A stretch of 37,921 nt of DNA from Macrostomum lignano (Eukaryota). Location of the stretch: the NCBI GenBank assembly GCA_002269645.1, contig NIVC01000115.1:1-37921 (forward strand), given 5' to 3'. Shown here in pieces: positions 1 to 9,530 of the stretch; within the stretch, counting starts at the first letter, position 1, and each line of letters starts with the position of its first letter. Position numbers and translations under genes: made by a program. Under the pieces are notes generated by a model. That model did no database searches. It was not told the origin of the DNA and worked only from the letters and a program-made list of their open reading frames with translations.

Positions 1-271
1 ATGCAATGGCCGGTCAGAAACCTGACACCATAATACGAGTTGAAAATGCGTAGTTCTCTACATGTAACTCAGCTTTGTCCATGCAGAGCTGCATGCCCTG
101 AGCCAAGTGTTGGAACTTGGACATTTTTTTACTATCAAATTGGCACAGTTAAAGCAGCTATTGCAATTCATTTTCAACCCAAGTGGCAAAATGCCAAATC
201 AAGTTGTAAATTGTTAATTCAGAGCTACCAAAAGGCCAAGACGTGTGCATCATTCATAGTCATTTCAAGTA

Positions 272-1285
272 CGAGGGGTGTTCGGAAAATTCGGACGCTT
301 TTAATCCCAGACCAAAAACAGTAGCAGCTGCAAGCACAACTTTGGTGTCATTTAAAAGCGGCACATCCTTTTCAATGAATTCAGTCGCGTGTATTTTGGT
401 CATTTCTGTCAAAATTTACGTGAGAAAAACCATAGCAATGCCATTATTCGATTATATCACTGCCACTAATCCACTAATCCATATGATCGATTACGGATTA
501 TCGATCGATTATTGATCACCGATTATGGATTATCGATCGATTATTGATCACCGATTATGGATTATCGATCGATTATTGATCACCGATTATGGATTATCGA
601 TCGATTATTTATCACCGATTATGGATTATCGATCGATTATTGATCACCGATTATGTATTATCGATCGATTATTGATCACCGATTATGGATTATCGATCGA
701 TTATTGATCACCGATTATGGAGTATCGATCGATTATTGATCACCCATTATGGAGTATCGATCGATTATTGATCACCGATTATGGAGTATCGATCGATTAT
801 TGATCACCGATTATGGAGTATCGATCGATTATTGATCACCGATTATGGAGTATCGATCGATTATTGATCACCGATTATGGATTATCGATCGATTATTGAT
901 CACCGATTATGGATTATCGATCGATTATTGATCACCGATTATGGAGTATCGATCGATTATTGATCACCGATTATGGAGTATCGATCGATTATTGATCACC
1001 ACCGACTATCTCTGATTATTGACACCATCGTGAGCGTGATGAATGACTAAAATTCATTTTTGAGGACATCGCTTTTTATATATTTTAAACTTTTACAAAC
1101 ATTTACAGACATACATTGCGATGGTTTTTTCACGTAACTTTTGAAAGAAATGACCAAATTACACTCGAATGAATTCATGGGAAAAATATGTGCCGCTTTA
1201 AAATGACACCAAAGTTGTGCTTGCAGCTGCTATACTGTTTTTGCTCTGGGATTAAAAGTGTCAGAACTTTCCCCGACACCCCTCG
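272..1285. mobile_element. Non-autonomous Tc1/mariner-type element (MITE-like) with ~170-bp imperfect terminal inverted repeats
   Basis: Left end TA|CGAGGGGTGTTCGG (TA 270-271); right end CCGACACCCCTCG|TA (TA 1286-1287). Arms ~272-441 and ~1114-1285 are reverse complements (e.g. GCAGCTGCAAGCACAACTTTGGTGTCATTT). No transposase ORF inside. Confidence 0.8.
484..1004. repeat. 32-bp minisatellite (GATTATGGATTATCGATCGATTATTGATCACC), ~16 copies, inside the MITE
   Basis: Directly visible head-to-tail units with a T/G variant (GGATT/GGAGT). Confidence 0.95.
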
Positions 1286-1379
1286 TATAGAAGACTCACT
1301 CGTTTCTGTGCAGTTTCTCTTGTGCCCAGCTGCTCCGCCAAATGCAAGTTGGTTCGGCCTTTTGTATCCATGGTCGCTA

Positions 1380-1416
1380 TTGCGCAACAGTTGCGCAACA
1401 GAAGCGCTCTGATTGG
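1380..1416 (+). promoter_or_regulatory. Candidate promoter elements upstream of KCNMB-like A: two TTGCGCAA palindromes and an inverted CCAAT box
   Basis: TTGCGCAA at 1380-1387 and 1391-1398; ATTGG at 1412-1416. Motif match only. Confidence 0.25.
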
Positions 1417-1732
1417 CTAATCTGCAGATCAACTGAATTTTATGCACTTTTGAGTTGGCTATTGTGCTACTTGACAGGAAAAAAACAGACGACGCAATCT
1501 ACGCCACGCCCGCGTTGCTCATCTTAACTGTGGGTGGGGACAATTCGCGTCACAAAGTCCTAGTTTAGTCTGGTGAGGAGAGAGCAGCTGAAAGTTATGA
1601 GTAGGGTTGGATTAAAGCTGCCACCTGTTGAAATGTATTATGACGATGACATGCAAATATCATTGAAAAGCTACCCTGTAACCATTTCAGGTTTTGCTCT
1701 GCACCCCATTGACTAAAACAGCGCTAACGGAC

Positions 1733-2062
1733 ATGGCTCTTCGCCGCTGTCACCGCCTCTGCAATGTGATCGGCATAGCCAAATACGTTTTTCTTACCTG
1801 TGTATCACTAATCACCTGCGGAGTCATAGTTGGCGGTATCCTAGCTTATTTAATCATTCTGCCGTACTACCGAGAGGCGCGATTCGAGCAGACCAGCTGC
1901 GTGTACCTTGGCGAAGAGATGAAGCGTATTATTGACTGCGAAAGCAAGTGCGCCAAGGATAGAAGCAGCTATCCCTGCTACATGGTCAGGGTCAACATCT
2001 CGGGCGTGCCTGAGCAAGGTGTACTGTTTGAAAATTTTCTCACTTATCTGGAGCAAGATAAG
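1733..2062 (+). CDS. KCNMB: BK channel beta subunit-like protein A, coding exon 1 (TM1 and first half of extracellular loop)
   Basis: MALRRCHRLCNVIG, hydrophobic TM1, then TSC, CESKC and YPCYMVRVN. Donor AAG|GTAACT at 2062/2063, phase 0. Confidence 0.85.
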
Positions 2063-2530
2063 GTAACTTTGTTGAAGAAACTGCACTGTTCAGTTTCTGT
2101 TCCTGAAATTGTGAAACATCTAATCTTTGAAAAAATGATATATTCATCAGAGTTGCCTAACGTGTAGGATCCTCTTTTGTTTCTGTATGAACCTTATTCA
2201 AAATTAAACAAATCTCCGACGAAAAATAAAATACAGGTTAGGTCAGAGAAAAACCTTAAAATCTCTGACCCCCTGTGTAGTGCGTACACTCACGAATGTA
2301 CATCTATTTAACACCAAAGCAAAGCCAATTAACCACCCCCCGGAAATCACTGACGCAGTGACGCTCCATTCTGGGCCAGACCTGAAAACAATTCTTACCC
2401 CCCTGCTGCGCCTCCGCCCCCCTCAATTGAAGAAATGTTTAATGTACATCTAAATATAGGTGGAGAGATACCCACTATTTCTCGGACCGCATGTGTACAC
2501 TCACGAATGTACATCTAGTCAACGCCATAG

Positions 2531-2808
2531 AAGTCACTGGCGCTCCAATCTGGGCCAGGCCTGAAAACAATTCTTACCCCCTGCTGCGCCTCCGCCCCCC
2601 CCCCCACGAAAGTCACTGGCGCTCCAATCTGGGCCAGGCCTGAAAACAATTCTTACCCCTGCTGCGCCTCCCCTCCACGAAAGTCACTGGCGCTCCAATC
2701 TGGGCCAGGCCTGAAAACAATTCTTACCCCTGCTGCGCCTCCCCTCCCACGAAAGTCACTGGCGCTCCAATCTGGGCCAGGCCTGAAAACAATTCTTACC
2801 CCCTGCTG
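2531..2808. repeat. ~71-79-bp intronic tandem repeat, ~4 copies, plus a degenerate copy at ~2345-2420
   Basis: AAGTCACTGGCGCTCCAATCTGGGCCAGGCCTGAAAACAATTCTTACCCC starts at 2531, 2610, 2681 and 2753. Confidence 0.9.
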
Positions 2809-2979
2809 CTGAGAGTGATCCCAACTCTCTAACGGCAGTGTACACTAACAAATGTACATTTAGAAAAGGGGCAAAGGCGAAACCAAACCAATTACCCCAG
2901 CAAACTCTAACCCCCTACGTACACTCATTCTAGTCTAAAACAATTATAACCCCCGGCTGCGCCTCCACCGCCCTTCCAG

Positions 2980-3270
2980 ACAAACTGCAGCTCGGCGCCC
3001 TGCCTACCCGAGGCGGTAGAAAACGTGGAAATGACCCAGCGCTACATTAAAACCCTGCGACGTCGCCGCAATTTCACCTGCTATTTTCGCGGCCCAGACT
3101 CTCGCCAGAAGAACTCGGTGCTGCTCACTAAGATCTACACAAAAGAGCAGGCTAAGCACTGCGCCATCTGGCCAGCATTTGCCGTCTCAATTGGCGCCAT
3201 TGTGCTCATCGGAACTCACTACTGCGCTGGGTGCACCGTGTGGACTCAAGATAAAACTGTTATTGCCTGA
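2980..3270 (+). CDS. KCNMB: BK channel beta subunit-like protein A, coding exon 2 (rest of loop, TM2, C-tail); spliced product 206 aa
   Basis: Acceptor CTTCCAG|ACA, phase 0. TNCSSAPC, NFTCY and SVLLTKIY..HCAIWP match the CSxxPxC, FxCY and VxLxKxY..HxxxWP pattern of KCNMB/CaKB proteins. Confidence 0.85.
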   Translation, partial: TNCSSAPCLPEAVENVEMTQRYIKTLRRRRNFTCYFRGPDSRQKNSVLLTKIYTKEQAKHCAIWPAFAVSIGAIVLIGTHYCAGCTVWTQDKTVIA

Positions 3271-3588
3271 TCGATGCATAGCATCTTGATCAGACTGATC
3301 GACACTCAATCAATGAACAAGAACAGAAAAAACAGAAGCACTAGCTATGCATGATGCTGTTGTCATTTTCTCTATTTTCTCGAAAAATTATTTCATACAT
3401 TTTACATTTTACAGCAAGAAAATTATCGGCTTAAAAGCGCACAAAAATTTGGTTTTCAATAACGAAACGCACCGTCATACTTACATTGATTTAAAGACTT
3501 CTTCTAAGATATTAAACCAATTTGCTTAAATTCTGATAGAATAGCTAAAACATGATCTCTGTTCCTGACAGTAGTATTATGAGCATTT

Positions 3589-5330
3589 GACGATCAGACC
3601 GACGCTCGATGCCACCTCGACCAGCCTGTCGATCTGGCGCTGGGCGCCTTCAACGGACGAGGACAGGAGGGCGAGGTCGTCGGCGTAGCCAAGCACGCTC
3701 AGGCGCTTTTCGCCGTGTCGGCGACCGATGCGTCTGCGCAGCAGGAAGCCGTCATTAGCCGAGGGGAGTGCGGTCCGAAGCACCCAGTCCAGCAGCAGCA
3801 CGAAGAGGAACGGCGCTAGCGTGTCGCCCTGCAGAACTCCTGATGAAGTATCGAACAGGTCAGACAGGCCGTCCGCCGTCACCACAGCAGCTCGAGTATT
3901 GCAATACAGCGCCATGACTGCGTCGATTAGCTGCTGGGGTACCCGGTAGGCTCGAAGGACAAAGGGAAGTGCGGCTCTCAACACCGAGTCAAACGCCTTT
4001 CGAAAGTCAACGAAGACAATGATCAGCGTAGACTGGCGGATGCGCGCCTCCTCGATGACCCGGCAGAGTGCGAGGATCTGTGTCACTGTACCGCGTGTTG
4101 CGGCCGGAATCCGTTCTGCTCGTACCGCAGGTACGGGTCCAGCACCGACTGCAGACGATCGAGCAGCAGCCGGTTGAAGAGCTTCGCGGTGCAGGACATC
4201 AGCGAGATCCCGCGGTGGTCTTCTTTCCGCGTTGTCCCTGCCTTCTTCGGGATCGGCACGATGTGCGCGACGGTCCACTCGGTTAGGCGCAGGAGCGCCA
4301 GCGAGCACGTGGTTCATGACGCCTGTGACCTGGGAGGGCACACAGCGGAGCCGCAGCGCTTCGACCGGGACTTCGTCGGGGCCGAGCGCCTTGCCGCCTG
4401 ATGTTTTCCGAGCGAACAGCACAACGTTCTCCTTGGTGACTGGTCTGGTGCAGAAGTCCTCCTCAGCTGGGAGCGGCGTGTCCAGTGGGAGCGCAAAGCT
4501 GGCGGGCAGCGGCGACGCGGGCGCGTTCACGATGCCGGCGAAGAAGTCGCGCAATTCATTCCTGCGCTCCTCCGGGGTGTCGCCGGCCAGGTTCAGCGCC
4601 ACGCGCTTTTTGCGCCCGTCAGAGTCCGGACGGCCGTCCATACTGCGCGGCTCTTCACGTCGGGGCCGGCTGCAGTGATGGACCTAATGGCGTCGTTGAC
4701 AGCGGCCTGCTGCCGCTCGTCAAGAAGGCGCTCAAATGCGTCTTCAGCGTCGCCTGTGGGCCTCCGGTTTCTGCGGAGTCGCTCGATGTTGAGCCGCGCC
4801 TGCCTGATGATGGGGTCGCTCTGCCAGACAGGCAGCGATTTCTGCGCTGGTCGCATCAGCGGGACCGTCTGCTCTGCAGCGGCTCTAACGGCGGTGCTGA
4901 TGTCGGAATACTCCACCTCGCGCTGGTATCCAAGCGCGCCGACGAAGGCACCCGCGAATTGACGCTTCACGCGGGTGTCCAACAGTGCGCGATAGTAGCG
5001 CCGTGGCCGCTGCTTTGGCGGTCGGTAGAGCTGGTCGCGGAGCCGCAAGTCGCAGATCAGGAGTCGGTGGTCTGACCGGAGAGCCAGCGGAGCCATGGTG
5101 TCGCAGTTGGTGACGCGGCGGCGCTCGCGAGTGCGAACCAGCGCATGATCGAGTTGCGCCAGTCTCCTCGTGGCATTCCGCCCGCGTGCGTTCCGCCGCC
5201 TTCTCTTGCAGCCCGCAAAGGTGACCAGGCGGGCAGGGGGCTTGCGGAACTGGGTGTTCGCGGACACCAGATCCAGCCGGTCAAGCAGGTCCTCCAGCGC
5301 ATCGGTATTGGCGTCCTCAAGCGCAACATG
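3589..5330 (-). pseudogene. Inverted retroelement segment: APE endonuclease C-terminus and RT core, with several frameshifts
   Basis: Endonuclease motifs NTQFRK, QLDHALVR and SDHRLL; RT motifs FVDFRKAFDSV, GVLQGDTLAPFLF and GYADD. The frame changes near 4610, 4280 and 4095. Confidence 0.85.
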
Positions 5331-5332
5331 CA

Positions 5333-5984
5333 CAGGTGCTGACTGTGCCGGCCGACATCCCAGCGGACCTGACGTGCCGCGGCGCAGACTGGCAGACGAC
5401 CAAGCTCGCACGCTGCCAGCGGTTCACCTACCTCGGCGGTCTGGTGCCCCACGTGGAGGAAGACCTCCGGCGGCGCAGGGGATTCGCCTGGGCGGCCTTT
5501 CGTTCGATCCGAGCCGTCCTCCAGTCTGAAGCGCTGCCCGACCGCCAGAGGGCTCGGCTGTGGCAGGCGGTGGTCGAAACCGTCCTGCTCTACAACGCCG
5601 AGACGTGGACGCTGACGGCTACGCTAGAGCGCTAGACGCTAGACGTTACGCTAGAGCGGCAGCTGGACTCGGCGCACTCAGGACTGCTCCGTGCGGCCTT
5701 TCGAGCTGACGAGAGCGTCGGGACCGAGGCCCTGTACGATCGGGCCAAGCTGCAGCGCCCGTCCACCATCCTGCGCCGGTGGCGACTTCAACTGGCGGGC
5801 CACGTGATCCGGGCCGAGGGCTACTGCCCCCAACCTGTTCAGGACGTCCTGCTGCTCACCTTGCAGGGTCCGTTCAGGCGGGGTCTGGCCCGAACCCGTC
5901 GATACGTGGACTGCCTGCTGTGCGACGCTGGGGCGCCCCGACACTGACTTCGTTCGCTCCCAGGCTCTGCGGCGCGCCATCTGA
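5333..5984 (+). pseudogene. Non-inverted 3' retroelement segment: RT thumb and C-terminal region, interrupted by a 27-nt insertion containing a stop
   Basis: VLTVPAD..FTYLGG, RRRRGFAWAAF, VLLYNAETWTLT and RLQLAGHVIR. Confidence 0.8.
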
Positions 5985-6799
5985 CGCGCCCTGCCCTAAC
6001 TGTGACTTTGCATGCGGGGTTGCGTATTTTGTTGTTGTTGTTGTTTTTGAGCATTTATTGCAATAATCAACCTTTTTATAACAAAACGAGAGAAACATGT
6101 AGGCAAATAACTGAGTGTATTTTACACAAAAATAAATTTAAGTGTCTTGACGGCATTAAATTCCATAATAAACCAATATGAATAGAGTGCAAAGGGCTGA
6201 AAATGATCTGAAAATGTTAAGACGCGTAGCTGCCTGAGCAGCCAATTAATATAAATTACCAGTTTTTAATTTTATTTAAGAATCCGAGCATTCATTTCAA
6301 GACAATGCCAATCATATTCAACAATATTTCTACTCTTGTCTATGGTCAAAACAGTCTATGGCACAGGCACGACAAAGCATTGAATTTAAGACATAGAGCA
6401 GTCAAATTCAGACAAGTGCCGCCAATGGAGCTGGAGAGTCCTCCAGACGGATACCATCTACAGAATTGGAGTTCCCTTGGTGCTGCAGAGAATCGCGGAG
6501 TCAGGCGTGGATGTCATCCCGGTTGTCATGAGGGCACCCTGGTTAGCTCACGCACTGCGCTTCCTGACCAGCTGCTTGGCCCATGAAAATATCTGATTGA
6601 GCACACATGTGGCCTGACAGTTTAGTCACAGTCGCTATAAAATATGTGCATCACAAAATGCCAATTCACTTTATCACTTGTTCGACTTCTGCGTCACAAA
6701 TTACGCATTTTTTGTCTAAAGGCTCCGAGTTTTAATGTCTGAACCATACATCTTATATACATATGATCTATGGTCTGAACTCAACTGGTTAATGTCTTA

Positions 6800-6985
6800 A
6801 ATACTCTCCCCATACACGGTTTTAGCCATAGACAATCGTGGAAGTGTGGCTTGAATATGGTTAGTCCTAGCCGTGTCTTATATTCAATGGATCTCCCCAT
6901 ACACGGTAATGGCCATAGACTATCGTGGAAGCGGTGGGTTGAATATGGCCGTGTCTTAAATTGAATTCTTACCCAATACACGGTT
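6800..6985. repeat. Degenerate ~90-bp tandem duplication, about 2.5 copies
   Basis: CCCCATACACGG..CCATAGAC.ATCGTGGAAG..TTGAATATGG..CCGTGTCTTA recurs. Confidence 0.7.
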
Positions 6986-7199
6986 TCGCCCATTGACATT
7001 CTCAGCGGGCGGTCTGTCTGCTGTGCGTTCCAGCTTCGACATATTCAGGCATAGCAACCTAACACGCATTGAATGCATGCAACATGTATGGAATTAAGCT
7101 TTTGTCGTAATACCAAAGATCAGAATTATCTCTATATGACCAAATCCAAAGGTCTAATATAAATGAGCAATCTACTCAACTCGTAGTTCTACTGGCTAT

Positions 7200-7493
7200 T
7201 CAGGCAATAACAGTTTTATCCTTAGTCCAAACGGTGCACCCAGCGCAGTAGTGAGTTCCGATGAGCACGATGGCGCCAATTGAGACAGCAAATGCTGGCC
7301 AGATGGCGCAGTGCTTAGCCTGCTCTTTTGTGTAGATCTTAGTGAGCAGCACCGATCTCTTGGAGTCAGTGTTGTCGTCACCTCGATAATAGCAGGTGAA
7401 GTTTCTTCTACGCCTCAGGGTGCGAATGTAGCGCTGGGTCATCTCTACGTTCTCCGTTGGCTCTGGCAGACAGGGCGAGGAACTGCAGCCCTC
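7200..7493 (-). CDS. KCNMB: BK channel beta subunit-like protein B, coding exon 2; spliced product 212 aa
   Basis: Acceptor CAATCAG|GAG, phase 0. EGCSSSPC, NFTCYY, HCAIWP, TM2; paralogous to 2980-3270. Confidence 0.85.
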   Translation of the reverse strand, partial: EGCSSSPCLPEPTENVEMTQRYIRTLRRRRNFTCYYRGDDNTDSKRSVLLTKIYTKEQAKHCAIWPAFAVSIGAIVLIGTHYCAGCTVWTKDKTVIA

Positions 7494-7949
7494 CTGATTG
7501 GGGCGGAGTTGAGGGGTAGGAAAATTCAAATGACCTGAATGTACATTTAGGGTAGAGGGAGGCCAGAAGTGTACAGTAAGGGTTTGAAATAGCTCATATG
7601 TACAGCGAAAGGCAGAGATCGAGAGACCGATGATGCGCAGTGAAGTTTGGAAAGGGAATGTATGTACATTTGGAAAGAATGATGATGTACAGTGAAGGGC
7701 AGAAGGGAATGTACATAGATTAAGGGCAGGGAGACGCACCGTGATGTGCTTCATTGAAGAGGGTGTTTCTGTTCATTCGGAGGAAGGTTTTTAGAAAGAT
7801 AGTGACCTGAGTATGTACAACAGTTGCTCTTTTACCTTGGGTTGCGATAGGGGCCTCGCGGCCTATTCGCGGCGCCTGCGCCCCCCGTCAGTAGTAAGTA
7901 AGTAAGTATGTACAACAGTTTGGCTGAAATTATTCGTTTGTACACACAC

Positions 7950-8294
7950 CTCGTACACGTCGGAAAACGTCAAGTAGTTCTCAAACAGAGTTCCAGCTGT
8001 TGACAGACCAGACACGTTGACCCGAACAACGTAGCATGGGAATCTGCACTTCTCCTTCTTGCACAAGTAGCCATAGCTTTCCCGTTGGTTGCGCATGCAA
8101 TAGTGCAAATCTTCGCCAAGATATTCGCAGCTGGTCGGTTGAAATTGCGACTCGCGATAGTACGGCAATATGATGAGATAGGCAAGGATGCTGGACACTA
8201 TTAAACCGCAGGCGATCAACGATACGCAGGTGAGGAATACAATCTTTGCCAAGCCGATGACGTTGCAAAGTTTGTGGCATCTGCGTAAAGCCAT
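7950..8294 (-). CDS. KCNMB: BK channel beta subunit-like protein B, coding exon 1
   Basis: MALRRCHKLCNVIG, TM1, FPCYVVRVNVS. Donor GAG|GTGTGT, phase 0, at the same intron position as paralogue A. Confidence 0.85.
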
Positions 8295-8514
8295 GACGAA
8301 GCACTTAAAGAGAATCTTTGTTTAGAGCGCTGTTCTCGTGTGGACTTGCTTTATACTATTTGAATATGCATTGTGCGAACATGGTTGGCTGGCTGGCAAA
8401 TGGAAGCCTTCAGCTGGGCCCAGTCTGCTGCATTGCGGCATTGAGATTTACATTTCTGGCGGGGCGATTCTGAAGCCAGTCTGATATTGGTGGCCATTTT
8501 TGGCTGTATATTTA

Positions 8515-9530
8515 GGGCGAGGCGATTCTTGGGGGGTTGATTTGGGGTGATTCTTGAGGGGTTGATTTGGGGCGATTCTTGAGGGGTGGATTTGGGGCGA
8601 TTCTTGAGGGGTGGATTTGGGGTGATTCTTGAGGGGTTGATTTGGGGCGATTCTTGAGGGGTAGATTTGGGGTGATTCTTGAGGGGTTGATTTGGGGCGA
8701 TTCTTGAGGGGTGGATTTGGGGCGATTCTTGAGGGGTGGATTTGGGGTGATTCTTGAGGGGTTGATTTGGGGCGATTCTTGAGGGGTGGATTTGGGGCGA
8801 TTCTTGAGGGGTGGATTTGGGGCGATTCTTGAGGGGTGGATTTGGGGCGATTCTTGAGGAGTAGATTTGGGGCGATTCTTGAGGGGTGGATTTGGGGCGA
8901 TTCTTGAGGGGTAGATTTGGGGCGATTCTTGAGGGGTGGATTTGGGGCGATTCTTGAGGAGTAGATTTGGGGCGATTCTTGAGGGGTGGATTTGGGGCGA
9001 TTCTTGAGGAGTAGATTTGGGGCGATTCTTGAGGGGTGGATTTGGGGCGATTCTTGAAGGGTTGATTTGGGGCGATTCTTGAGGGGTGGATTTGGGGCGA
9101 TTCTTGAGGGGTTGATTTGGGGGGGGTGATTCTTGAGGGGTAGATTTGGGGGGGGGTGATTCTTGAGGGGTAGATTTGGGGGGGTGATTCTTGAGGGGTT
9201 GATTTGGGGGGGTGATTCTTGAGGGGTTGATTTGGGGGGGGGGTGATTCTTGAGGGGTTGATTTGGGGGGGTGATTCTTGAGGGTTGATTTGGGGCGATT
9301 CTTGAGGGGTAGATTTGGGATTGATTCTTGAGGGTTGATTTGGGGCGATTCTTGAGGGGTTGATTTGGGGCGATTCTTGAGAGGTTGATTTGGGGCGATT
9401 CTTGAGAGGTTGATTTGGGGTGATTCTTGAGGGGTTGATTTGGGGCGATTCTTGAGGGGTTGATTTGGGGCGATTCCTGATGGGTGATTTGGGGCAATTC
9501 GGGATGGGCAGATTTGGGGCGATTCTTAAA
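8515..9530. repeat. 25-bp G-rich minisatellite (TTCTTGAGGGGTGGATTTGGGGCGA), ~40 copies
   Basis: Directly visible; accounts for the spurious 349-aa ORF 8448-9497. Confidence 0.95.

Larger units (their letters stand above)
3589..6047. mobile_element. Decayed RTE/RTEX-like non-LTR retrotransposon, 5'-truncated and 5'-inverted, with a (GTT)n tail and 9-bp TSD
   Basis: TGAGCATTT flanks both ends (3580-3588 and 6048-6056); (GTT)n tail at ~6026-6047. Endonuclease-RT on the minus strand, RT C-terminus on the plus strand. Confidence 0.9.

Noticed and set aside
2093-2110. 17/18-nt match (SVPEI-encoding) between the gene A intron and the RIM-BP exon at 15238-15260
   Set aside because: About one such match is expected by chance among all position pairs in a 38-kb window, and it does not extend.
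6410-6590. GC-rich island between the retroelement and gene B
   Set aside because: Several short open frames but no recognisable family or convincing splice sites; needs a database search.
8448-9497. 349-aa ORF, and similar long ORFs at 14018-14860, 21040-21858, 22520-23382, 30656-31315 and 34191-34988
   Set aside because: These are translations of tandem arrays lacking stop codons. They have no splice support and are open in several frames.
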